A stretch of 64,000 nucleotides of DNA, taken from the NCBI RefSeq assembly GCF_009914755.1, contig NC_060938.1; one strand, written 5' to 3'. The position numbers were made by a program, and so were the translations under genes. The DNA comes from the human T2T-CHM13v2.0 reference genome, Homo sapiens. Shown here in pieces: positions 13,791 through 37,007 of this stretch (position 1 is its first letter; each line of letters begins with the position of its first letter). The notes below the pieces were generated by a model. The model was not told the origin of the DNA and did no database searches. It worked only from the letters and a program-made list of their open reading frames with translations.

Positions 13791-13975
13791 TTTCCAGACA
13801 ATCCAGATGATGCTCCTGATACAACGACATGGTGGACACCAGCCCGTCTCTCAAGCATACCCAAAAAATTAAGGTTTTCTTTTTCCAAGGTGCCCACGCC
13901 ACCCCTATGTCACACCTGAAGTAGTTATTGAGAAAGTCATCCCTTTTCCCTTTTCTATAACCAAATAGACAGGAA

Positions 13976-14366
13976 TGTAAGATTCTCCCCGGGGCCTGAA
14001 AGCTTAAGGAGATGAAAGAAAAACTCTTCCCTTCTCAGGCCCAGTCCCAAGGCTCAAGGTTACTTGCGCCAGCAGGGTGCGCCAGGAAGATAGCAGAAGC
14101 AGGAAGAGAGCCGGCCGGAAGACACACCCCTGAAGACCCAGAAAGAGGCCAATCCAGTTACAACTTAGCAATTACGTCAGACTAGGACACTTCCTGTTTA
14201 CAGGAGACTGTAAAACTTTCGTCCCGTCCTCACTTGGGGTTGACGCCATTTTAGGCCTCAGCCCGCCTGCACCCAGGCGCTCATTAAAACAGCATGTTGC
14301 TCCACACCGCCTCAGTGTTGTCCATTGGCGCGCTCTCGGGGTTCAAACCAATACAAGAACCTTACA
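13976..14366 (+). repeat. 3' LTR (391 bp)
   Basis: Copy of the 5' LTR; ATTAAA at 14283-14288; preceded by purine-rich tract AAATAGACAGGAA. Confidence 0.95.
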
Positions 14367-16047
14367 AATAGTCAGCTGGGTCACCTCTCACCTCATATTG
14401 AAGCAATACAGCAGTGACAGCTAACTAAGAGTTATCTTCTCCTATGCAAAGAAAACATATTTACAATACTGTCATTGCATTTATAAATGTATTCTCTAAA
14501 AACAACAACACACAAATGATTTTGTCCAACTTACACCTAACTATACGTGTTTAGTAGAATAACAATTTTAATGTTTAATATTTTACTTTCTGTTCTCCTA
14601 TCATTTTCCCCTAATAAGAAATATAATTTGAGTACAATTAAAAATGAACAAACAATAGTTCATCCAATTCATTTGGTTAATTCATCTTTTTGTGCTTTTA
14701 GGTCAATTTGCTATCTTCAGTGCTGCAATGTATTACAAAGGTTTATGTTGTGGAACTTTGTTAATACCAAATGCTGTATCTCAAAGCAGCTAACTGAAAA
14801 CTTCTATAGACTGGACTTCAAATATTTTTGCATCAGCCTAACTGTGGAATTTACACAACTCAGAAAAAGCAGACATACCTGACATTTTGCTGATTTAACA
14901 AAAGAAGAAAATAATATTTTCAAAAGCTTAGCCCTTCTACTAAATGACTGAAGCCATTCTTCAAGGGGGGATGAAAGGGGTAGGGAGCCCTCATTAGGGT
15001 AGTATTTTGCCTGAACTCAAAGGGTACAATTTCTATCTTATTTATGTCTTTCCCCCCAATATAACCACTGTTTCCAACTTATTGGTTGTCCTTCAAAAAA
15101 TCATCAATCCATGTATAAGCACAGACATTTTAAACATACCACACTCTCCCTTTAATACAAACGGAGACATAATATGCATCGTGCTTACCATCTTGCACAC
15201 TGCATTAATATTTTATTAATAAATACACACAAAAGTGTATATAAAGCATTAATTTAGAGATAATAATTGTAACATAAACTACAATGCATTAACTACCCAG
15301 TTTAACAAATAGAATACTGCCAACACATATACCCCTTGCAAATAAAAGGGTAACCTTCCTCTCTTTACCGTTAACACAAAAGCTAGATTTTATTGCATTC
15401 ACTTCTTGATTTTCTTCTTTATTTTACCATCTATATATAATAACTAAATTCTATAATTAAGCCTTTTCTGTTTTTGAATTTTATTAAAACTATTCTTTGG
15501 TGTAACTTTTTTTAGTGAGAAATTATGTATTTTAGATTAAAGTATATTGTATGCAGCTATAGTTAATTTTCTTTGCTATATGGTATTCCATTATAAAAAC
15601 AGAACACAGTTTATTTACTCATTCTCTTGTTTGATAGTTGAATGATTTCTGGAATAATGTCACAGCTTCAAGGTTTTGTTGGTATTCTTAATTTCAAAAT
15701 TATAAAAGTTTATGTTTTATAGTGTTTTATACCTTTTAATATTTAATCATTTAATTGGTAATACAAGTATATTTATATAAAAAGGAAGGCAGGGATCAAA
15801 CTTTATTTTTTTGCAAATGGCTAGAACTTTCAGCTTCAGAATGAGGGATTAAAGCTAATTAGATTTTTGGATGACATGATAAAGCAGCAATGACAATTTG
15901 GGGATCTTTTAAGATTACTGCATACTGGGAAGTGTGGTAAATTTCATGTGATTTCTTTTTTCTTTTGAAAAACCTGGCAATATTTATTTAAGAAGTGAAG
16001 ATGTCATTTATTTGACCCAGGAATTGATACTTACGTGTAGTATATAA

Positions 16048-18050
<2,003 letters not shown>

Positions 18051-18219
18051 AAAACTTCTATGCTGACAAATAAATGAAATAAAAACAACATAAAATCAAA
18101 AGAGAACAAATCAGAAAAAATATCTGTTATAGATAAGCAGCTAATACCTGCAATGTCAAAATGTAAGATTTGTATACGCAAAATAACTTTTGTTTCAGTT
18201 TCAATGAAAAGATACAGGC

Positions 18220-18700
18220 AGGCCATGCTGAAAAGTCCAGCCATGTGACTAGAGGGCTGGGGCTTTGAGCTATGTGATATCAACCCAACCTCCAAACCTC
18301 AAGGGAGAAGAGGAGAGCTGGAGACAGTTCAGTCACATGGCCAATGGTTCAATCACCCATGCCTATATAATGAAACCCCAGTAAAAATTCTGGACAGTGA
18401 AACTTGGTTGAACTCCCTGGTTGGTAAACACATCAATGTGCAAGGAGGGTGACATGCCCTGATCCCATGGGGACAGAACACAGAAGCTCTGCATGCAGGA
18501 CCCTCCTGGACCTCGACATATGAGTCTCTTTTTTTGGCTGTTCCTAATTTATATCCTTTATAATAACACTGTAATCATAAGTATAGTATTCTCCTGAGTT
18601 CTATGAGTAGTTCTACTAAATTATTGAACCTGAGGGGGTGGCTTAAACCTGGGGTTATGCCTGGTGTAGGAAGTTAGGGGAGTTTTGTGCAGGACTATGC
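18220..18700 (+). mobile_element. MER21-like LTR fragment
   Basis: CATGGCCAATGGTTCAATCACCCATGCCTATATAATGAAACCCC...ATTATTGAACCTGAGGGG. Confidence 0.65.
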
Positions 18701-18704
18701 ATAG

Positions 18705-18710
18705 AGTGTG

Positions 18711-18743
<33 letters not shown>
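18705..18743. repeat. (TG)n microsatellite
   Basis: Directly visible. Confidence 0.95.
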
Positions 18744-18744
<1 letters not shown>

Positions 18745-19619
18745 GTGTTTGAATTGCACTGCAACACTTACTGCCTGTTACCATAGAATCCACACTCTTA
18801 ACTAAATATCTTCATTTATCTCCAATCTTCTCTTATCTACTGAAGGACACTGATTCATCAATTCTCTCCTTTCCTGTATCATCAAAATCTTGCTCACCAC
18901 TGCAGGATCCAGCATAAAAATGCTATTATTTCTCCTATCTTATTAACAAACTTTCCTGGACACCACTTTCCCACCAGATACCAACCTCTTTCTTTGTTCC
19001 TATATGCAGAAAAATTTCTCAAATGAGTTGCCTATACTAGCTGCTCTTCCTACTCTCTCTTAGATCCATTCCAACCATCAATGACATCCACATTACTAAA
19101 TCTGGTGATTTACTTATTTTCATCTGATTTCATGAATAAAATTTCATACAATTGATCACACTCTCCTCCTCTTCCCTCATATCTGGTTTTTCTTTTGCCA
19201 CAGAGTCACTCTTTCTTAGTCTCCTTGATTGTTTCCTCCTGTATACCTCAACTCTCCAATGTTGGCATACCTCAGGGCACAATGTTTTCTCTTCTTCTCT
19301 ATTCACTTATTTTGTAATCTTAATCAATCTTATGGCTTTAAAAGCATATGTTGATTACAACATTCCATACAGACATGATCAAGCACGAATCCCAGTACCA
19401 CCGGGTGAACAAAGCAGACCAGATTAGTACTGCAAAATCTGGAACCTAAGTTCCAGGAAAGGGAGCCCAAAATATTATAGTAGGCTACTGCCTACAAGTT
19501 AAACATGACGACATCCTGCTAAACTAGAAGACTTAAATAGGATATCATTTCCTAATATTTAAAATGTTCAAGATATAATACAAATTCCATTGTCATGACA
19601 AGAACCAGGAAAATAACTT

Positions 19620-20398
19620 TACTCAAGTTTGGATATTTGACCCTCCAAACCTCCTGTTGAAATCTGACCCCCAATGTTGGAGGGAAGGCCTAGTGGGAGG
19701 TGTTTGGGTCATGGGGACAGATCCCTCACGAAAGGCTTGAGGCTGTCCTTGTGGTAATGAGTGAGTTCTCACTCTATTAGTTCCCTTGAGAGCTGGTTGT
19801 CAAAAAGAGCCTGCCACCTCCCTCCCCTCTCTCTTGGCATGTGATCTCTGCACATGCTGGCTCCCTTTTGCCTTCTGCCACAGGTGGAAGCAGCTTGAGG
19901 CCCGCACCAGAAGCAGATGCTGTGCCGTGCTTCACAGTATGTACAGCCTGCAGAACCATGAGCCAAAAGAAAATTCTTTCCTTTATAAATTACCCAGCCT
20001 CTAGTATTCCTTTATAGCAACAGTGGTCCCCAAACTTTCTGGCACCAGGGACCAGTTTCATGGCAGACCATTTTTCCACAGATGGTGGCGGGGGTGGGGG
20101 GTGGGATGGCAGTTTGGGGATGAAACTGTTCCACTTTAGATCATCAGACATTAGATCTCATAAGGAGCATGCAACCTAGATCCCTCACATGTGCAGTTCA
20201 CAATAGGACTCGTGCTCCTATGAGAATCTAATGCCACCTCTGATCTGACAGGAGGTGGAGCTCAGGCAATAATGCCCACTCACCTACTGCTCACCTCCTA
20301 CTGTGCAGCCCAGTTCCTAACAGGCCACAAACCAGTACCAGTCCGTGGCCCAGGGGTTGAGGACCCCTGCTTTCTAGCAACACAAATGGACTAAGACA
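19620..20398 (+). mobile_element. MST-type MaLR solo LTR interrupted by MER1B
   Basis: GTTTGGATATTTGACCCTCCAAACC...GGACTAAGACA; TSD AACTT (19615-19619 / 20399-20403). Confidence 0.85.
20018..20369. mobile_element. MER1B-like hAT-Charlie MITE
   Basis: TIRs CAGTGGTCCCCAA / TTGAGGACCCCTG; 8-bp TSD CTTTATAG / CTTTCTAG. Confidence 0.85.
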
Positions 20399-20399
20399 A

Positions 20400-21044
20400 A
20401 CTTGAATTTTAAAAAGGCTATGGAGAGATGCTAACACAGAGATAAATCAGAGATTAGAATTATCTGACAAAGATGACGAAGACCTCAAAGGAAACATCAT
20501 AAAAATACTTCAAACAACAACAGATTTTCTTGAAACAAATGGAAAATTAGAAAATCTCGCCAAAGACATAGAAGATATAAAGAAGAACCAAAGGGTGATA
20601 TCAGTGACATGGTGGAGTATCTCCAAAAATCCTTTCCTCCACAAAAACAATGAGAATATTTGTAAAAAATTGTCAAATAAACTTTTTTAGAACTCTGAAA
20701 ATTAAGCAAAAACTTGCAACAATGTGCACAGTATTTACCTAAGAAAAATGCCTGAATCTCAGGAAGAACAGCTTGGTGGCATTTTTAATTTGTCATATTC
20801 TCACCCCTCCACCCAAGCTCCGTAACAACCATGAAAACCAACAGCCTGCAAACATGATGTAAAGCCTGGCACCAAGTGAAGAGGGTAGAGAGGTTGGAGC
20901 TCTTTAAAACACCATTCTGTGAGAAATGTCATCATTTCACCAGTCTGGTACTTCCTGGAAGATGCTATTCACAAAGCTCTCTGTAGTTTACCTGACATGG
21001 AGCTCAACTAGTATGAACAGATTTCTCCTAGGAAGCGTTTGTCC

Positions 21045-21075
<31 letters not shown>

Positions 21076-22220
21076 CAGAGGTAATTGTTTAACATTATGA
21101 CTGTCTGATGTGGTAGATAATAGGAATAAGGTGTCCTTAGAGGACTCTGAAAAGCTCAAATATATTCCTGAGAATTTAGAAAGTCATGCAAATAACTAGA
21201 ACTGTGTACATGCCCAGAGCAATGTATATGCCCAAGAAAGACCTGAGAAGGCCCTAAATTCTCAACTTATGACTAATTTGAAGCTCTGAGCAAGTAAGAA
21301 GTGAAGGCTATACATGGAGCTGTAAATTGCATGGCTGAATGTTGAAAGCATGCCCAAAAAAGCATGCAGAGCCTCTCGACAAAGACTGGCAGATTTGTTG
21401 GTTTTGGGTTTTAAAGAAACCTCTGTCCAATAAAAGGAAACATAGTCCAATTAAAAAATGGGCAAAGGATTTGAACAGACATTTCTCCAAAAAGATATTC
21501 AAATGACCAATAAACATTTGAAAAGATGCTCAACATAATAAGTCGTTAGGGAAATGAAAATCAAAACCACAATGAGGTATCACTTCACACCTACTAGAAA
21601 GGGTAATAATTCAAAAGATGGACAATAACAAGTGTTGGCAAGGATGTGGAGAAATTGAAAATCATATCTTGCTGGTGGGAATGTAAAATGATGCAGCCAC
21701 TTTGGAAAACATCTGGCACATCCTAAAAAGTTGAAGAGTTACCATATGACCTAGCAATTCCACGTCTAGGTATATTCCCTACCTGAGAGAAATGAAAACA
21801 TACTTCCACACAAAGCGTGTACATAAATGTTCATAGCAGCATTATTCATAATAGTCAAAAATTGAAACAACCCAAATGTTCATCAATTGATAAAATATAT
21901 CCAAACAATGGAATTATATCCATCAAAAGGAATGAAGTATTGATATATGTTACAATGTGAATGAACCTTAAAAACATTCTAAGTGGAAGAATCCAGTCAC
22001 AAAAAACCCACGTTGTATTAGTGTGTTAATATGAAATGTGCAGAATAAGCAAATTTACGGGTAGAAGTAGATTAGTGGTTTACCAGGCCAGCATTAAGAG
22101 GCAGGAAGAAATGGGAAGTGACTACTATTAGCTTTGATGCTTTTTTGGGGGCAATGAAAATGTTCTAAAATTGTGGTGATGGCTCCATAACTAAGAATAT
22201 ACTAATATACAAATATATTA
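20400..22220 (+). mobile_element. L1M fragments (5' region pieces and L1MB/MC-type ORF2 end with 3'UTR)
   Basis: ATGGGCAAAGGATTTGAACAGACATTTCTCC...GCTGGTGGGAATGTAAAATG...CATAGCAGCATTATTCATAATAG. Confidence 0.85.
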
Positions 22221-23129
22221 GTATACTAATATCGAATTTGCTAAAAACAACAATTTTTTTTTTTTTTTTTTTTTTTTGGAGAGACAGAGGTCTTGCTGGT
22301 TTGGAACTCCTGACCTAAAGCGATCCTCCTGTCTTGGCTTCCCCTAACACTGGGATTACAGGTGTGAGCCATCGTGCTTGGCCCAGATACTTCAAATGGG
22401 TGAATCTTTTGGAGATTCCTAAAATCCACATTTGATGAATGTGGATTTTTCAAAACTGTGTAAAATATCCATTACCTTTCTAAGATCACTTCTTTCCTTT
22501 AGTCTGCTTAAATGGAAAAGCTGGTAATTTCATCTGCGCCAACATTCATACAAAATAAAAATGTAGTCTGTATTTAAAAGCAGCTTTTGTTCATATGCTT
22601 TAATTATTTCATTTACTAACACATCAAGGCTTGCTGAAGCAAAATAACTGGCCCGTAATCAAAAAGCAAATAAGAGTCATCTGGATTTCAACTCTGGTTG
22701 TCTTAAGCCAGCCTCAGCCTGCATTTCATGACATCCTTAGGGAACTCAGTGTGGATATGGATGAAACCATATAAACACGGAAGCTGTTTTCAACGTGCTT
22801 TAGAAATTATAACACAGCAATCATTCTGGCTACAATGTGGCAGGCACCGTACTCAACACTTTATTCACAAGGTGTTATTAGTTCATCACAACTCTAAGTA
22901 TTAAGCTAATTCACAAACTAGAAAGATGAAACAGAAAGATACCAGGAATTCGTGCAGTTAAATGGAATACATCTAGTCCCAATGATCCACAGTATCGTCA
23001 AAACATAGCTAAGTTGGGGGCGAGGAAGCAAGCTTAGTAATCATCCAAACTTGGCTTAAAGTGTGGTTCTGACTGAATTCTCTGAGCTTCAATTTACTTA
23101 ACTGTGAATCAAGGGTAGTAACAATGACC

Positions 23130-23770
23130 GCGTTCGACGATGGGAAAGACGCCACGCTCACAAGCAGACAGATCCTAGTACACCTGAAATCCAACCGGGA
23201 GTGGGGGACAGCGGCGGGGAAGTGGGGGTGTGGAAAAGACTGGTGGAAGAGCTTTTAGGAAAGCTCTCACCCCGTCGCTAGCTCCTTCCTAGCCCGAGTG
23301 CCAGCCCTTAACTTCACATTTTACAGATTCCCTCCCAGGTCTTGATCCTGCCAAGGAGGAGGGTCCCACCCCTTGCGGAAGATCCTCCTCACTCCACTCA
23401 CCAACATGGGGACTCCATAGCCGAGAGTCTTGTTCTTGCGAAAAGCACGCATCACCGCGGGTGCAAACATGAGTGAACTCTTCCATCGGCTCAGAACTCC
23501 AAGCGGGCCTAGCGCAGACTCCCAAATCTCAGCAGCTCACGCTCTCACCAAGACGAGTACGTCCTTAACTCACTTCCTTTTCCTTGGTTATTTGGTGCTC
23601 GGTCCTTAGTGAATGGTTTCCGCTAGGCAAAAGCAATCGAGCCATCGTAACATACTTGTGCGTCCGCCCAGAAATGTGGGCGTCAGCGTTTTTGGTTCCG
23701 TAACGTCGGCGTGCAATTGGGATTTAGAGATTTGAATCGGTTTACGATCACCACCAAATTGATCTGGAAA
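23130..23770 (-). promoter_or_regulatory. COX16: CpG-rich COX16 promoter / first-exon region
   Basis: Marked local CpG enrichment outside any Alu, around the ATG; ETS/GABP-like CACTTCC at ~23571; TSS inferred near 23560. Confidence 0.75.
23402..23470 (-). CDS. COX16: COX16 coding exon 1 ([23 protein letters not shown])
   Basis: ATG at 23470-23468, 23 codons, GTGAGT donor, phase 0. Confidence 0.96.
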
Positions 23771-23871
23771 CCAGTACTTCCCACGTTCTGGGTCCTAACT
23801 AACGTCTGCTTAGAACACTCCCTTAGGCACATAGCCACTCGATAAAATCAGCTAAGGAAAAAAGTATTTTG

Positions 23872-24189
<318 letters not shown>

Positions 24190-24786
24190 GTATTTTGAAG
24201 CTGGTACTCCAGTCTTTATGGCTATTTGTGGGATGAGGAATTTGCCAGTTTAATGGAGACTTTTAAAAATAAATCGCTTTTGAAAGATTAGGTTGAAATG
24301 TAATCAGTGTAGTGTCTCATCAGTCATTACTGAACTTTTAATGCTAATGATTTTACTGTGAGATAACCTGTAATCTTTAGTCATTTATGAATGTCTATTT
24401 ACCAATGATTCAGCAACCATACAGGCCACCTTTCAGCGCGTCTTTGAAAGGGTTCTAGGAACACAGATAAAAATATATGATCCTTACCTTAAAGACACTG
24501 GCGATTTCATGGGCACAGAAACAAACATGTGTGAAGTACTGGGATAGCTTAGGAAGCCGATCCCCCACGTGTCCCATTTACCAGAGTGAATCAGAGTGCA
24601 GGTGATGCGGAATATTATCTTCCATGCTATTCCTGAAATATTTCCATCTGTCCCTGCCTCTCTGTTACCACTGAAATGTTCCTTTTTTTAATTCCTTATC
24701 ATCTTTTCACCTATTAAAGTAGCCTCTTAAGTGGTCTCCAGAAGAGAAGCTCCAGATCTACTGCAGGCTACTCCAGTGAAACTTAT

Positions 24787-24966
24787 CCTTTTGGCTAAGA
24801 TCAAGTGTAGTATCTGTTCTTAACAGTTTAATATTTGACACATTCTCTATCCAAGGAAAATATGTTAAATGGGTTTTTGAAGCAAGGAGATGGAATAGGA
24901 GTTTGCTCCACCACTCTACACATCAACCTGTATTTCAACACCTCCAGAAACCCAGGAACGGTGCAT
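24787..24966 (+). pseudogene. U2 snRNA pseudogene, lacking the first ~12 nt
   Basis: CCTTTTGGCTAAGATCAAGTGTAGTATCTGTTCTT...GGAGATGGAATAGGAG...CCAGGAACGGTGCA colinear with U2; many substitutions and an altered Sm site. Confidence 0.93.
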
Positions 24967-25008
24967 CTCTCCCATCTTATTTACTTCCTTTTGATATTTC
25001 AAAATTCA

Positions 25009-28240
<3,232 letters not shown>

Positions 28241-29689
28241 TAGAGGTCTCTTCTATACAGACAGACAAAAGAAACCGAAAGGAATTCAAAGACAACGGCA
28301 ATGTCCTAAAGTACACTATTACTTGGATTACAAATTTCATCAGGTAGAGCAAAGCAGGAACTCTAGCCTGCTGGTTGTCACAGGGTTAAGCCCTATCTGA
28401 AAGCTTTCTGTATAAATATTGTTAATTAACTAGGGTTTCCTTTTTGGGTAGGTGGATGGGTGCTTTTGTAATATAAGTCAGTGGTGAAACAGGATTTTAT
28501 CTATTGAACTTTATGTTAAAAAAAACTTTACAGAAACACTTATATTTAGAAATATGAAGACAAATGTTTGAATTGAGAGCAAGTGAAGTGCACTTTTATC
28601 TCAAGATAAACTTCCTGGAAAGGAAACCATTAAAAAATGTCCTGTCTGTATGTGTGTTTTGTGTTGTTTTAAATGCTTGAATAACATCTATTGTCTACCA
28701 CTGGTTTTAAAAAAAAAAAAGATTAGTCAAATACCATTGTACACACAAAGTTTCCTATAAAACAAAACACAATGCACATCCAATAGAATTGGAACTTGAT
28801 GCCTCAAAAATGAATCTATTTCCTAAAATAATCACTTCCAAATCAAACAACATTTTGAATAACCCCCAAACTGAGGAGGATATCAAAATAGAACTTATGT
28901 TACATGGCAGTTAATAAAAAGGAAAAAAACTTCATATGAAGTCCTATGATTGCACATAACTGAAAACAAATATCCAACTTATGAAAAGGAAAAGTACAAC
29001 AAAAAAAAGCCCAAAACCAAAAACACAAACAAAGGAAAGCATAACGAGGGAATTAACCAAAATAAAAGCTAAACTAAAAAAATAGGAAACAAGCAAAAAT
29101 ACAAGAATTGATTAGTAAAACCATCCCAGGTGATATCAGCAGAACAAATAGTCAATTGACAGAATCTTTTAAAAAATTATTAATATGCTTTAAGCCACTT
29201 AAGTTTTGCAGTGGTTTGTTACATAATTGGTAACTGACACACCTTTGCCTATCAAGAAAGAACATGGCCATTCTATACATACTGTAGACTACCAATTTGA
29301 TTTCAGGCCTGAACTGCTTAACATGGGTGACGGAGCAATGATGACCAATGTAAACTGCCTTTTCTCTTCATATCAAAGTCAGCTGTATGCAAACTAACTT
29401 AGAATAAAGGTCAACAATATTCAGTTCTGACAAGTCCTTTTTCATGCTGTGGCACAAACCCACTTCTGCCTTCTATGTATCTTATAAGGCTTTGGGGGAT
29501 GAAGGGGATACAAGTAAGATGGTAAATGTTGGCAACTGCTTGCAAACATTGCGAATAAATACACAATGATACTGCTACTGCTATTATAGAACATTTAACC
29601 TAGTGCAGTCAATTTCCTGTTATCCATAATGGAAGGATATGATGGCATGGTTGAATCAAATTGAGTATAGTAAACCTTAATTTTCTAGA

Positions 29690-30150
29690 ATAGTGGAAGG
29701 GCAGTGGACTCATTGGCTTGAAGTAAATTCCCAGGTCTGGAACTGACTAGTTATGTATCTTGAGCAAGTTATTAACTTCTTTAAGCATCAAGTTACCTCC
29801 CCTATAAAAATGGAATATTGACACTGCCTTGCACAGATATGAGAATTTGGCATTAAGTTATACAAAAGGGCAGCCTAATGCAGTGCCTGGTACCATGGGA
29901 AGTAGAGACAGTAAGGTGTTATAGTTATGAATGCAGGTTTTGAAGCCAGATTGCCTGGGTTTAAATCACAGCTTTGGCACTTAGTAGCTGTATAACTTGG
30001 GCAAGTTACTTAACCTCTCTATGCCTTTTATCTATAAAATGAAGATAACAACAGCAGTTATCTTAAGAGTTGTTTTGAGGCTTAAATAAATATTATACAT
30101 GCAAAGGCCTTAGAACAAAAGCTGGAATATTGATAAGAGCTCCATAATTG
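29690..30150. mobile_element. MIR-like elements (two adjacent)
   Basis: CTTGAGCAAGTTATTAACTTCT and CTTGGGCAAGTTACTTAACCTCTCTATGCCT MIR cores. Confidence 0.7.
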
Positions 30151-30375
30151 TTAACAGGATATCAATGTCCTGTTCCTTATCTCCTATGTCAAAGCCTCAA
30201 ACTGATCATTTAGATTTCTTCCTCTTTCCACAATTCTGTCAGAGGTGTTACCCTAAGAATATCTAGTACATAGTAAGCACTTATCAGATATTTGCTGAAT
30301 GAAGGAAAAAACCCTCATCTGGAAGAAAAAAAAATGAGATATTTAATCAACGGTCTTCAAAATAAGGTGAAAAAA

Positions 30376-36866
<6,491 letters not shown>

Positions 36867-37007
36867 TCAAAGTTGTTGCCGGTATCTCATGAAAGCCCAG
36901 GCTGCTACCATGGTGAGGGCAAACACTGGCACCAGCACCATAAATATGGGAATACCACTTGGGTCCCCTTCACCTCGATGTCCTATAGGTCCATTCTGCA
37001 CCTGTAA
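36867..37007 (-). CDS. SYNJ2BP: SYNJ2BP (OMP25) last coding exon: LQVQNGPIGHRGEGDPSGIPIFMVLVPVFALTMVAAWAFMRYRQQL*, C-terminal mitochondrial tail anchor
   Basis: TTCCAG acceptor, 46 codons plus TGA; hydrophobic helix followed by basic residues. Confidence 0.96.
   Translation of the reverse strand, partial: LQVQNGPIGHRGEGDPSGIPIFMVLVPVFALTMVAAWAFMRYRQQL

Larger units (their letters stand above)
8533..14366 (+). mobile_element. Endogenous retrovirus provirus, HERV-F/H supergroup (probably HERVH48 with MER48 LTRs), defective and env-deleted
   Basis: Two TG..CA LTRs (8533-8919, 13976-14366), perfect TSD AATAG (8528-8532 / 14367-14371), tRNA-Phe PBS, gag-pro-pol remnants, purine-rich tract before 3' LTR. 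Family name from recalled consensus. Confidence 0.93.

Noticed and set aside
14875-14950. Possible cryptic COX16 exon ending at a CAG|GTATGT donor
   Set aside because: No convincing upstream acceptor or open frame found.
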